DNA of 57,029 nucleotides, filler included, from Sphacelaria rigidula (taxonomy: Eukaryota), in assembly GCA_964200075.2 (NCBI GenBank). It is 4 parts of 4 records of this genome, joined end to end, with 100 filler letters (N's around TTAATTAATTAA, not from the genome) between each part and the next. Parts side by side here need not be neighbours in the genome. Positions count along the whole stretch, not along the records: positions 28,570 to 42,750 come from CAXNAA020002406.1; positions 42,851 to 57,029 come from CAXNAA020002407.1; 2 more parts are not named here. The stretch is one strand, 5' to 3'. Every line of letters starts with the position of its first letter. The first letter of the stretch is position 1. This document shows positions 35,511 to 48,100 of the stretch, one piece after another. The notes beneath the pieces are model-generated. The model was not told the DNA's origin. It made no database searches and saw nothing but the letters and a program-made list of their open reading frames with translations. The position numbers and the translations under genes were made by a program.

Positions 35511-37206
35511 ACGGGTGGTGATTCCTCTGATCTGTGATATTTCTGAGCAAAACATACACGATTTCGGTCGTCAAATTTTGTTTTTTTGAACTCAGCACCT
35601 TCGTTACTCGTGTCATCCTACCATGACATGCCATGATGGGATCGTCTCTGGCCACAGCTCCCTCACCTCTGCGTACGAATACAATCCATCATTTACCCCC
35701 ACGAACGGTCGACAAGTTGCCTGGTTCACCACCAACTCGGTCATTTCTCCAAGCGACAGTAGAGAGGGTGGGGTACCTTCCCGATACCCCGATATCAAAA
35801 GAAGTAGGGTCAAGAGAAAAAATAGCACACTCGCCGTTTCAAGTGCTGTCGTGCTGCCGTATTATCGCCAGGTGTGCAATCCAGATTCAGTGCAACCTTG
35901 CAGACACGTGGGGGTGGAGGATTCTTGAGCCTAAAACTAAAACAATTATACGTGCAGAATGGCAATAATCAAAAGTTATGTCAGACAAGGAAAAATGACA
36001 ATAAATTGTAACCCATTATTACAGTAGTAGTGGGCGGTCCAGCTATTCAGAGGTGTTTGGGGTTTTCCTCGCGTGCTACTCTTCGATAGAACTCGAAACT
36101 TCTACAACGAAGATAGAACTCGAAATTGTAGCGTCGGTAGATTTTGGTACAATGAACAGATGGTCCTCGAAACACAGTCCCCACGTCAGTGTTACTTGGT
36201 GTTATCGGGCGATACGAGTAAATACTCCGTTTATCAGGAGAGTGTTGTTGACGGTGAAACACAGTTTTTCGGCTCTAGTGCAATGAGTAGATAGAATGAA
36301 AGAAAAAGAAAACTCTACATTTCTTCAAAAAGAGGATCGAGACAGGCTCGATCGAGCGAAAATACAGAACAGGAAGAACCTGGGTTGAAACGTGGGAGGA
36401 CCCCCGATGACCGGCCAGTCCGTAAGTCACTCAATATTGAGTACATATGACTTTTTTTGTTGGAATATTCAACGGATATAAATATCTTCAGATACTCAAT
36501 GCGATAAGTGGCGGCAAGCGCAACGAGCCCAAGAAAGTCGCCAATTACGAAAAAAACACAAAATGCCACAAAATGAATAGTTTGACCGCCCACTACTGTA
36601 CGTAAAACAAAAATGAGACAACTACCGGCTGGTCTAGCCTAGAAGCGAGTTGAAGCTCTCAAAGAGATATCTCATCGATACAGACAAGTTGGCCCCTGAC
36701 CCGCATTTCGTATTCATCGTCTGACTAAGGGGAAGGTGCCCTTCTGCTCAAAAGTCTGGGCCATGTTTTTTTCGTTGATTAAACCCCATGTCTAGTAATT
36801 CCTATACCGTACGTATATAGCGTCCATACTCAAGTTTATATGAAACCCCGGACGATGTTTACAGAGGATGACGATTTTTGGTGCGGACATTTCCTGGAGC
36901 ACGGGGAAACGAGCAGAGGCACTAAATACACTTAATCTGGGTATCGCGTCTCAGTTTTCGAGATTTTTGCTTTGTAATTTCGTGTGGAGAACCACTAGTG
37001 CATAATCTAAAAGAGACAGCGTTGTTTAGTTTTCCGTTGTTGTTTTTTTCTCATTTTTCTAGTAGAGTTTTGAGGGAAAATGGACATCGCTCTTGGACAA
37101 TACCTCAATTTGTAAGCTCAATCTTTCGAATCGTGATTTGAAACTGAACATGGAGGATCAAAAAGGCATGCTGAAGGGAAAAAAGAGAAAAGGACCTTGC
37201 TTTGTT

Positions 37207-37208
<2 letters not shown>

Positions 37209-37248
<40 letters not shown>
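37209..37248. repeat. (GA)n microsatellite
   Basis: About 20 GA units. Confidence 0.95.
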
Positions 37249-37254
<6 letters not shown>

Positions 37255-37299
37255 GCGTTCTCGTGTAAAAGTGGTCTTTACCGTACTAAAACGCTCTAG

Positions 37300-38090
37300 T
37301 TCTACTCGATATGCATCTCGCGTGGGCCTTTCTCCTTGCTCTAAGAGCCTCTTTTACTTCCTCATCCCACCATTTTCCTGCTCTGTTGCATACGATCAGT
37401 TCCTCTCCCGTATGGCTTCACTCGCTGTGCTTTTGGCCATCTGCTCCCATCCTTCTATGGTCTTATCTCCTGCCCGATTTCTTTCCATCTCGGTATCAAC
37501 TGCACCTACGCGTTCCAACAGCTCAGAAACTTTCAATGCATCCTTGACCATCTCTCCTGGGAACTCTTGCTGTTTTCCTTTCACATCTAGTATATCGATT
37601 CTCCTTTCGTACAACCCTCTACCCTGCCTATTTCTTTTAGCTCTCGTCTGTTGGCTTTTCTGTTCCCACGTCCTTCGCGCATCCATGCACTTCCATTTCT
37701 TTACTACTTTTATGCTCCACCACTATATAGTCAAGAACGGAGTGTTCTCTCTCGCCTTCACATGTCCTCGTCCGTGTCCATTGCACCTCTGACCTCTGTG
37801 CTCTATCGCTCAGCGTCTTCATCCCGTGATGCTCAAGGAACTTCACCATTGCTACCCCATTCGTGTTCTTCTTATCTTCCCCGTGTTGCCCAATGATATC
37901 ATCCGGTTGACCTGCTTTTCCTACCCTTGCATTAAAATCTCCCACTAATATTACTTCTCCTTGCCTTTCATATCTGTGTTCACCTCTGCCATCTCTCCAA
38001 ACCTCCGCTGTATACCATTCACCCTACTCTTGTACTCTGGGGGCATGTAGATGTTCCCTACGACTCTATACTCCTTATCTCCACCCCTTG
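37300..38090 (-). mobile_element. LINE ORF2 fragment, apurinic-type endonuclease domain, frameshifted
   Basis: VGNIYMPP..., GDFNARVG...IIGQHGEDKKNTNG...WTR...SVLDYIVV: the canonical GDFNA and SxxDYI motifs of LINE APE domains. Confidence 0.85.
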
Positions 38091-38523
38091 GGTGTGTATT
38101 GGTTAGACACCCATGAGGCATTGTATACGACGTGGCTGCCTCTGGAAGTGGTGATACCAGAGAATAAAGCAACTCATCGTAGGCTGTCATCCAAATGCAA
38201 GATAATTAATCAGTAGGCTTCGGGCCGAATAGTCTTAGCAGGATGCAGCTCACCCTTCATGCGACTCGCCGAACACACCACGGCTCTTCGCGCTTGGCGG
38301 TTTGAGTGCAAGCCTGGTCCGGCGAAAATCCGGCGTGCTCCGTCCCGGCTTTGCAGGGATGCGAGGTCAATGATCTGATGACTGTGGCATGCATGATCAT
38401 GAGCACACCCTCGGGTCTGTACCTGTTCCCCCAGATCCAGTTGTATAGCATTACCATCATTTGAATGATTTCCTCTCCCCCATGGTGCACAAAACTCCTT
38501 CATTTTTTCGTCTGCCCATGCTA

Positions 38524-38896
38524 GCCGGTCGCCCCGGTGGCTCAGTGAGTAACCTCAAAACGTTCGACGGCTGAGTCATGGGTTCGAATCTCGGTGCAGT
38601 CACACGAGTTGGGATTTTGTCCCACACAATCCCCAACAATCGAGAGCGATTATAATATGTCGTGGGTGCACAAACTTCGACTCAACGGTCGACGAGGGAA
38701 AAGGACTGCTGAACCCCCACCTCGATGAACGAAAACAAGGCAAGCACCGCAGAAGGAAGGTCGAGATAAAAAACAAACGAAGAAAAAACAACTCCTGTGT
38801 TGGCCTTCCTCCTGTGTGATCCCGGCTGATGGGCCCACATATCCGAAAGGTGTAGACTGGCGTCCAGAATAGATGGGATGACAACACACAACACAC
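38524..38896 (+). mobile_element. tRNA-derived SINE
   Basis: gccggtcgccccggtggctcagtg...gggttcgaatctc; tail gatgggatgacaacacacaacacac. Confidence 0.85.
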
Positions 38897-38899
38897 ATC

Positions 38900-41100
38900 C
38901 TGCCTTTCTGTTCTCGAGTTTATCTACACACTCCTTCACTTCCTCTCCTGTGAACTCTCACTGTAGTTCATTTGTACCATTCTGTTTTGTACCATTATGT
39001 TCCTGTTTCGATGCCTCTACATCTGCCTCTGCCCGCACGTTGATGCCGCTTGAATTCCGAATTAAAACTCTCGTTAGTGAGTGGTGTTCCTAGTTTTCGA
39101 TAGTGCTCCACTAGTACTTCTATCCCATCCCCTTCGAACTACAATGCTAACTTCACCATTCCACCGTTCTGTGTTCTTAGTGTGGCTATCCCTATATCCG
39201 CCTCCCCTGTCTGTTTCACCGGTATCCCTTCTATTCCTACCCACATTGCTTCATTCCGCGGTCAAAATATCCATGTACACTACACATTCCCATGTTCCCT
39301 TCTTTTCCTCCTCTGCCATAATTTCCACCTCCTTTATAGCTTTAGCATACGCCTTCCACCCCACCGCAGCGTTTCCCATGTATATCTTGCGCGGGTCTCT
39401 CTCCTTACTCTTACGGCCTATTTTACTTCCTTGCCCCATCATTTTACTGCTCTGTTGAATAGGGTCAGTTTCTCTCCTGACTTTAGTTGCTGAGATCTTG
39501 ACCAATTTCTCCCATCCTTACGGAATCTTCGCTCCCGCCCGATTCCTCTCTACTTCGGTATTAGCTGTACATACGCTTTTCAACAGCTCGTGAACTTTCC
39601 CTGCACATTCGATCATCTTCCTTTCAAATTTTTTCTGTTTCCGTTCATTTTCAGTTAACCTATTCTCCATCTGTACAACTTTCTACCCCACCTACTTTAT
39701 ATAGCTCTCGTCTGTTGGCTGTCTGTCCATATTAGGTGATGGTCCGTAGTATCCACGCCCGCTGGGCATACACGTACTTCCGTTTCCTCGCTACTTTCAT
39801 ACTCTACCACTGAATAGTCAAGAATGGAGCTTCCTTCTCTCTTTTGTTTGCTGTCCATGTCCGTTACGCGCATCTAACCTGTTTCCTCTATCGCTCAACG
39901 TCTTCATCTCGTTGTTCTCGAGAATTTCAACACATCTACAGTACTCCACTCGTATTGTTCTTCGTTTCCCCGTATTGCGCAATGTGATCATTCGGTTGGC
40001 TTGCTTTCCCAATCCTTGCATCAAAAGCTCCCACTCACAATACTTATCCTTGCCTTTTACAGCCGTGTACATTTGCTGGTCTCGCCTCAAACTTCCTCTG
40101 TACATCGTTTACCGTACTCTTCGACCCTGGAGGGATGGAGACGTTCCCTACGAAAAGCACTTTCATTCCCTGCTCCCCGGTACTCGTATTCATATCCCCT
40201 CTTCGCATTCTGTGTCTTTGATCGCCTTTACTGTGCCGTAGGTATTCCTTGACTTGAGAATCCTATCCCCTCCGCTTCCGTATTCTTGCGGTCCTATCCC
40301 TTTCGCACTTTCCTTATCCGTGCGTACTCTTCAACTTTGCATCCTATTTCCGCTCCATCTTTCTCCCATAACTCTTGGATTCCCGCTATATCTAGGTCGC
40401 GCGAACTCACTCGTTCGGCTATCTCATTTTTTCGTGCGCTCGTTCGTGGCGAATCCACGCACGTTCCACGATCCTATTCTCAGCTTCCTTTTCGAACCAC
40501 TATCCAGTCTCTTATTGCCTATTTCGCTCCGTCGTGTTTGCTTCTAGTTTCCATTGCTTGATTTTTCTTTCCGTTTCCGGTCTGGTCTTTGTCTGCTTTG
40601 GGCAGCTATTTCCTTTCCCCCATTCCGTTCAGGACTTTTCCTTGTTCCTGCTTCCCCGCTCCTCGGTTTACCCGAGGGCTATGGCATAGGTTTGCCGTTC
40701 CACTCGCTTGACATACTCGTCACCCTACCCTTCTAAGCCATCCCGGCACTTTATTCGTCTCTATTCTCTCTCACTCTTTGCTCGCTCTCTGCTCCAGCAT
40801 GACTCGGAAGTGCCCTCCCTCCCTTTATACGTTTCCTCTTATCAAACAATATTGTTCTACTGTACTTCATCGCATTTTCTCTTGAAGTTTTCTTCTCGTC
40901 ATACCGCTAGGGATTCCAAACACGAGCCTTACAAGTATTTTACCTGCCAACTGTATCATTCGTCATTTATCCTTCCTTATAGTCTCCTCTTCGATCTCTT
41001 TCTAGATTATCTCCAGCTTGTTTGCTCCGAAGATTGGGGTGGGACGTAGACAAGGCACTGATATCCTTGTTGGAGATCGGACGTCTTTCGATTCCTTTGC
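38900..41100 (-). mobile_element. Second, more degenerate LINE fragment (ORF1-like purine-rich 5' region, APE domain and linker)
   Basis: 39690-40030 parallels 37630-37950 (agctctcgtctgttggct; tagtcaagaa.gga; tatcgctca.cgtcttcatc; gcat.aaa..ctcccact). Peptide ENNEMKTLSDR matches EHHGMKTLSDR. Confidence 0.7.
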
Positions 41101-42750
41101 TGGCTTACAGGCTGGGCCAGCCTACGAGCGGATTTGTACTACTTTGCAGGCGAATTCGCAATTTTTTCCTTTGAGTTAGAAAGTGAAATTTGGTATGGAC
41201 AATCAACAGGGCATGAAGAAAAGCTGTCTGTGAGGTCCCAACGACCTTTTATTCCTCGTGAGTTAAGGGCATTTTACTAACACCTCAAAACTGATTTTTG
41301 CCTTTAATTCACGAAAAAACAAGAAAAAAATCGCCGGGACCTCACAGACAGCTTTTCATGCCCTGTCGATTGTCCATACCAAATTTCACATTCCAACTCC
41401 AAGAAAAAAATTGCGAAGTTACCTTTGAAAAACCGAGGCGGCGGAAATTCGGAACAGTATTTTGCAGGCCGTTCATCGGCCCACGTTTGGTGTTTGTGGG
41501 TTGAAACTTTGTGCGGAACCTTGCTAGGTCGTGATGAACCAACAAGAAAAATGGGTGAGGTTGGGTTTCATTTTTATTTTCACTGATTGAGGGCGTTTTA
41601 GTATTGTAACGATGATTTTTCCACGAGAACGCCCGAACCTCTCATGAAAATAGAAAAATGAAGGCCCTTTTTTTGTACTCAGCATACCTCTGTCGTTCAC
41701 CATACCAAGTTTCAGATTACAATTCTAAAAATTGAGCTGAAAAATTGAGGTGAGGCCCGAGAGCAATCTTCATTTCTCCTCGAAACCCCCCCGGAAACAC
41801 GAAAAAAGATGAGGAAAAAACAAAAACAAACGAAAAAGCTGTGTTTTTTATTTCATTATTATGCACCAGCGGTTCTCCATACCAAATTTCATAGCACAAC
41901 TCTCAAAAACTGAGACGCGATATCCAGATTCAGGTCATCTAGTGCGTCTGCTCGTAATATACTGATTTTAGTATGGAAACTTATGTGCGCCATTTCTCGA
42001 GGTAGATTACGAATTAGGTGAAAGTGAGGGTACCTATCGTCTCCCCGTGCTCCAGGGAAGGTCCACACCAAAAATCGTCATCATCCGCTTGATCGATCGT
42101 TCGGGGTTTGATTTAGATTTTAGTGTGGACGCTATCTCTACTAGGTATAGGAATTACTATACATGGGGTTCACTCGACGAGAAAAAATTGGTCCAAATGT
42201 TTTGAGCAGATGGGCACTTTTCCCTCGATTAGATTTATCAATACGATATGCGGATCACGGCTTTACTCGCCCGTGTCGTTGAGATATCGCTTAGAGAGCT
42301 CAAATCCGTTTCTAGGCTGGCCATTCGTGTTGAGACAATAATTGGGATATGAACGCAACAAGAGTGTCTACATGCAGCACCATGTCCACAATGTCAACGA
42401 TGCTTCAATGCAAAATGATTCATGAGGGGTGTCTTTCATCACCAATCGGGCGTGGGTTGGAGGGACAGCTGCACGTGTTACGACATCTAGACAAAGTAGA
42501 CAGTACGGTACATGACCTGCGCCAGACGACACAGTCCAGTATGACGACTACAGTACTGTGGCACCGCATACCATGATACTACGAAAAATGGGTGCTATTG
42601 TAACACATGCCACGTGAAACACCGTAGTACTGTGTGCACCCAACTGTCTCCTGTACTCGCATATACAGCCACCTACGGCACACAGCGTTCACGCATGACC
42701 TCCCCTACATACCTCCTTGCCCAAATAGGCCTCAGCGATCTCCTTCATCT

Positions 42751-42850
42751 NNNNNNNNNNNNNNNNNNNNNNNNNNNNNNNNNNNNNNNNNNNNTTAATT
42801 AATTAANNNNNNNNNNNNNNNNNNNNNNNNNNNNNNNNNNNNNNNNNNNN
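42751..42850. other. Artificial scaffold spacer
   Basis: N..ttaattaattaa..N, 100 nt. Confidence 0.95.
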
Positions 42851-44094
42851 CTGAAACGATTCATTCACTGATTGAACGCTTTTCACTCTCAATCGTATCA
42901 TTTACTCTCAATCTCACGAAAACACTGTTTTTTCATATTGCACAATATTGTCGAAAGTTGTGCAGACAGCCAGCCTACCGCGCGTCCGTCCATCATCCGG
43001 CCGTTGGGAGCTGTGACACCATTGCCCACCATTCAAAACGGCGTGTTTGCGGGGGGAAATCCATATGACAAGTTTTTCGTGACATTTGAGAGTTGGGTGT
43101 GATTTGAGAGTGGCTTTCATCATTCGCTTAAACTTGGCCAACTTTTCATCCTGTGTGTGCCTTTCGTCGGCTCATAACTGCCACGTGCCTACAGCTACAC
43201 GTTAATATCCCACTCGGGTATCGAGGGCCTCAGTGGCAAGCTACTACAGAGGGAATAGTGGGCCTGGTGGAGGTGCATTTCGCAACTGAAACGGCGCCAT
43301 AACTAATTGACCGCTCTTCACTCGCAGTCGTACCTTGAACTCTCAATTTCACGAACACGTTGTTACATGTAAACCGAAGCGACAAAAGGAGAACACACGG
43401 AGCAGCTGTGACCCCACGGTTGGGATCGTTTTCGCCATTATTGCTCATTTGAGGGGCTTCATGAAGAGTCTGAAACCAGCGGTCATGCACTGTATGGCCA
43501 TTTGGGGGGAAAAGGCCCATGTTGCGGGACCGTGCACAAAGGAGTCAGTGTTACTGCGAGTTGTTCGCCTTTCTCGTATGAAGTTCTTTTTTTCTTCCAC
43601 TCAAATCCACCAGACGCTCCAAGATCATGGCGCAAGGAGGAGAGCGTGTACTCCAGCGCTAATCATTACCTCCGTCTGCGGGTTCGCAAACCCTGCTTAG
43701 AGATGTCTACGAAATATCAGAAACGAATTTCACAAAAAATCAGTTTCAAAATATACAAAATTCCCCATATCGGACACGACTCCCCCTTTCTCACGTCCTT
43801 ACTCATTACTCCGAGAGACTCATCACTTGCACTTCATGAAGCCCTCGTAAAAACAGAAGCTACGTATGAGACACGTTCGCGCAACAACAACCAAATCATC
43901 TTCGACATACCGAACAGAAACGAAAGGGGTCAGCTTGGACAGCAGAAAAATTCAAACATACTCGTACTGGTATGTGTGAACGTATGTCACTCGGGTGGCA
44001 CGTTCCCCTCCATAAAGGTCGCGACTTTTTGCATATTTCGATTGCTTGCAGAAAGGCTTGTAACGAAAAATGAAACTTGTTGAAAAGTGCAACC

Positions 44095-44470
44095 TCAGTC
44101 GCAAGCGGTCAAGTTATCAAAAAAACAGGGGGAAAACTGATATATTTTTTGGTAACTTGACCGTTTGTTATTGAAAGTGCAAGTTTCGCCAGAAACAAAA
44201 CCGTGACGTACGGAAAACTCAAAGATGCTCTGGAAAGGCCTCAGCGAGTTCAGCACGTCATTCCAAGGTGTCAACATCCGCCTAGCCCTCTTCTCGGGGA
44301 AAAAACGACGGAGAATCGCCAATGCAAGTTTGACCAAAAACGAAACAGTCTACGGGAAACGCAAAGGTGCTCTGGAACCGTATCAGCGAGTAGAGCAAGT
44401 CGTTCAAAGGTGTCAACAGCCGCCTAGCACTCTTTTCGGGGGGAAAAACGACGGAGAAGGGCCAAAAATG
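44095..44470. repeat. Two tandem partial arms of the 14.4-kb fold-back family
   Basis: gctctggaa...cagcgagt..agca.gtc.ttc.aaggtgtcaaca.ccgcctagc.ctctt...aaaaacgacggagaa occurs twice, ~140 bp apart. Confidence 0.7.
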
Positions 44471-45144
44471 CACTATTCAACAACTTTTATTTCTCGATAC
44501 ATGAGGAGTAGCCGAAGGCAAAAAATCTTGTTGCTATTGGTCGGTATTTTGTCGCACAGCTCAGCAAAAAGACAAGGCGACGAGAATTTTTTCCCAAGAT
44601 ACCAAGTCTCATGTTTCAACGGTAGTCTATTTACGAGGGAACACCAACGGTTTCTAGAATTAACACAACATTCCCAAGAGGGTTCCCAAGATGATCACAA
44701 ACCGATTCATTTTCTCGGTCAATCCAAATCTCCCGCAATGTTTCGAAAATGGGAGTCTATCAGTGGCGTACCTGCGTATTTAGACCGCCGTGACGCATAC
44801 GGCGGCGGTGCCTCCACTCTCTAATATTCTTCCGTCAAGCGTAATGTACTCACTCCACTGCTCCCCCCAGTCCTCACATTGCTCGTTTCTTTCAACAGAT
44901 GAGTCTCGAACGTCATGATTTTCTTGAAAAAAATCACGGCGAGGTGAAATCGCGACAGAAAATGTCATTGTTCACATCATTGTATACAAAATGTACACCC
45001 AAGTAAATTTAGCACGCAACCGAACGGAACCAAACCTGGACAACAGAATATCCGGGACCTGAAAGAGTCCGTATATGCATGATAATCAAGCACCCGTCAC
45101 CTTGCGGAGAGCGGAGCTAGGTTTTTTAGCAAGCGCTCTCATCC

Positions 45145-48100
45145 CTACACCTCAGCCGAGGTCACCTTGACATGGCCATTGGTTGCAGCGCGATTGCTCT
45201 CTACATCGTCAACGAGTCCGGCCATAGTGACCTCCTGCGCCTCTGCCATACTCCTGGCGCGACAGCGATCCATCACACCATTCGTCATAACGCCCGTGGC
45301 GAGTTCGGGAGCAGGAACGGCCACACCGGCCATCGGCAAAACATCATTGGCTGTCGCCATGCTCTTGGAGCGATGGCGGCGGGTGTAGGGATCTCTCTGG
45401 AAAAAGTCGTACTTCAGCGCTTGCGGCACATTCGGCTTAGCGTTTGCGGGTATCGGATCCTCCTCCAGGATCACCTCGAGGTCGTCCGACATCAGAGCTT
45501 GCGCTTTCCTGTTGAAAGCATGAAGGGTTTGGAGTAAAGCGTCGGTGGTTGCACAATGAATCAGGGCATTATTGCAAGATAAGGTCGTGTCGACATCGAC
45601 CACAGCACTTCGCAGAAAGGTTTTTGTAAGCATCCTCTCCTTGTGGTCGGGTAGAGAGCTTTGGTATTTGCTCACATCATACTGCAATCCGACAGCAGTA
45701 GTGAAATCAACGCACAACAACTTGACACAGTATCGGAAATCGCTAGGATACGAGAGGCTGCGCACCGTCATTGCCTCGGGGTGTAACTGCAAATACTACG
45801 AACCAAGACTTACGTGATAATACGCGCTGACTCCGCCTTGATCCTACGCAAGCGCAGGTGCTTGCCAGCACCCTTGTACCGCTCCCCCAGGGTCTTGAGA
45901 GTTTCCATGGCACTGAAGTCGTCAATGTCGGCTGTGTGGAAGTGGACTTCAACCATGCCAGGATCATTACGGTGATCGAACAGAGCGAGAAATGATTCAC
46001 TAGAGGCGAAAAAAAGTGCGCCAACGATTTCGTACACCTGCCGCGCGACAACGCCGGAAGAGGCAAGCGCGGGCAAGTAGACGTGGGGATGGGATCATGA
46101 TACACAAGCAGGTCTCATCCAACAAGCAAGAGCATGCTCCATACGATCAGCAACATGACTCTTCCGTCACGACATGAACGCATGCTTCGGATGAACCTTT
46201 GAAGAATTGCGTAGGCAATAGAGAACCTTGACGCAAATGTGCACCCAGACTGCCAGTGCCCTCAAACAGAATTTCAGCCATTAGCGGCAGTAGATTACGG
46301 CGAGCTCTCGTGCAACGATACCGGCAGTCGGGTGAAGTGACCATGTTTTCACGTACCTTGACGATGGCTGGGTCCGTCACCTCCACGCCAGGGCGATAGT
46401 ACGAGCGAGCAGTGATAGCTTCTGAGCTCTTCCATACAAACGCAAGGCACGCGACGGCGATGCCAATTGCCACGGCGATAGCGAGGTTGGTGAACGGAGT
46501 GGCTACCGTTACCACAACTATGATCAGAGCGTCTGCGCGCGAGATTCTCTTCTCATTGACCGACTTGTGACCCCGGTACTTCTCTGGCAAGGCGGCAGCG
46601 AGCACCATCAACGTGCTTCCCCAATCGAACGTATTAAAAGCAATCACAAGCATCACGCCCACCAGGCCCGCCAGGGGGATAAGGTTGATCAACGGAGACG
46701 CACCCAGCACCACGACAAGCACTAGGATTCCGGACACGGTGGCAGCGATACGGGTACGCCCGCCTGACTTAATGTTCACCATGGTCAGACCGATCTCAGA
46801 GTTACCGCCCTGGCCCCCGAAGGCGCCTGCGACCAAGTTGCCGACTCCGCCCAGGATGGCCTCACGATGAATGTTCGAAGACGTCTGCGTTATCTCATTC
46901 ACAAGGCGCACCGTCATCAGCGACTCCACCAGCCCAACCGCCATCAGGCTGATTGCAGTGGGCAGAATGGTGGAGAATGTTTCACCGTTAAGCGGAGGCA
47001 TGTTCCACTGGTCGTCAGCCCACGCCGGAATCGGGGCCTCGCCCTTCACCTCGGCGATGTCTTCCAAAGTGTTCGTTCCTGAGAAACCAATCGCGAAGCG
47101 CACGATCACCCACTCCACCACGGTTGCGACAATGATGCCCGCCAGGATCGCGGGTATGAACTTCAGAAACGACATCCATTTGGGCAATTTCTTCGACTCC
47201 ACGAGTCTCGGGTACGTGACGATGACGACCATGGTGATAGCCATAACTAGCAGCGTATACCACAGTAGCTCGCCAGAAATCCATTCAGATCCATCTGTGA
47301 ACACCGAAAAGCTGTTGAGGCGGCGACCCGCGGTAGCACCGCCGAGCGTAAGACCTGTCTGGAAGTTCTTCATTTGGGCCAAAAACAGCACAATCGCAAG
47401 CCCGTTGACGAAACCGATGATCACGCTCACTGGCATGAGGCGGAGGAGTTTCGCCACCCCAAGAAAACCCAGTACGATCTGGATCACCCCCGCGAGCATG
47501 AAGGCATAGAACATGAGCTCCGTGCCCTCGTCAGCTACGAAACCTTCCAGAATCACGCCCATACTCCCTGAGTTACTGTAAACCATTCCCGTTCGCCCTG
47601 GGGTGAACAAAAAAAGCAGGATACAATACCATGACAAACCGTGCGTTGGGGGCGGGGAAACGTCATCAGCATGTGAATGTACGTGAACCTTGCTCCGTGG
47701 GCGATTCACATTCCCAAGGGGGGAAAGAGAGATTTACTTCTCGCCCACATCAACTTTGAATCGGTTCCGATCCTAGTTGGGCCGTCGAAAAACGCGCAAT
47801 GGCGCTTCCTGAGAGAAAGGGGGGGTGGAGGAGGGGGATTCCCGTTGGGCCGGATAACATTTCATGTTTCCTGGTCGGAGATTCGGACAGTCAAGCTGTC
47901 AGTTTGGATGCGTGGATAGGACCACAGACGTAGGCTTGACTCGCATCCCAGTCCTGCTATTCTCTGCTTGTCGCGCTTTCGGGTGTTGCCGAAACACCGG
48001 TCATCATCATCATCACTGGATATCGACGTTCCCTTCTCCTATCTTGGCAATCGTGAACACACATGGGGAAGGGCGGCAACGGGAAAAGTGCTGTTGAGTG

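Larger units (their letters stand above)
36625..42325. mobile_element. Large fold-back element (left arm 36625-37200 plus 41153-41280; right arm 41290-42325) split by LINE/SINE insertions
   Basis: 36625-37200 is the reverse complement of ~41660-42325 (e.g. aaccccatgt.tagtaattcctatacc; gatgacgatttttggtg.ggac.tt.cctggagcacgggga; tatcgcgtctcagtttt). 41153-41420 is itself a palindrome centred near 41285. Confidence 0.8.

Noticed and set aside
14188-42850. TTAATTAATTAA motif recurring three times
   Set aside because: Embedded in fixed 100-nt N blocks; it is an assembly linker with stops in six frames, not biology.
46147-47709. 520-aa single-exon ORF as the full SulP protein
   Set aside because: Both ends run into introns (acceptor at 47598-47600, donor at 46356); TM1-2 and STAS lie in other exons.
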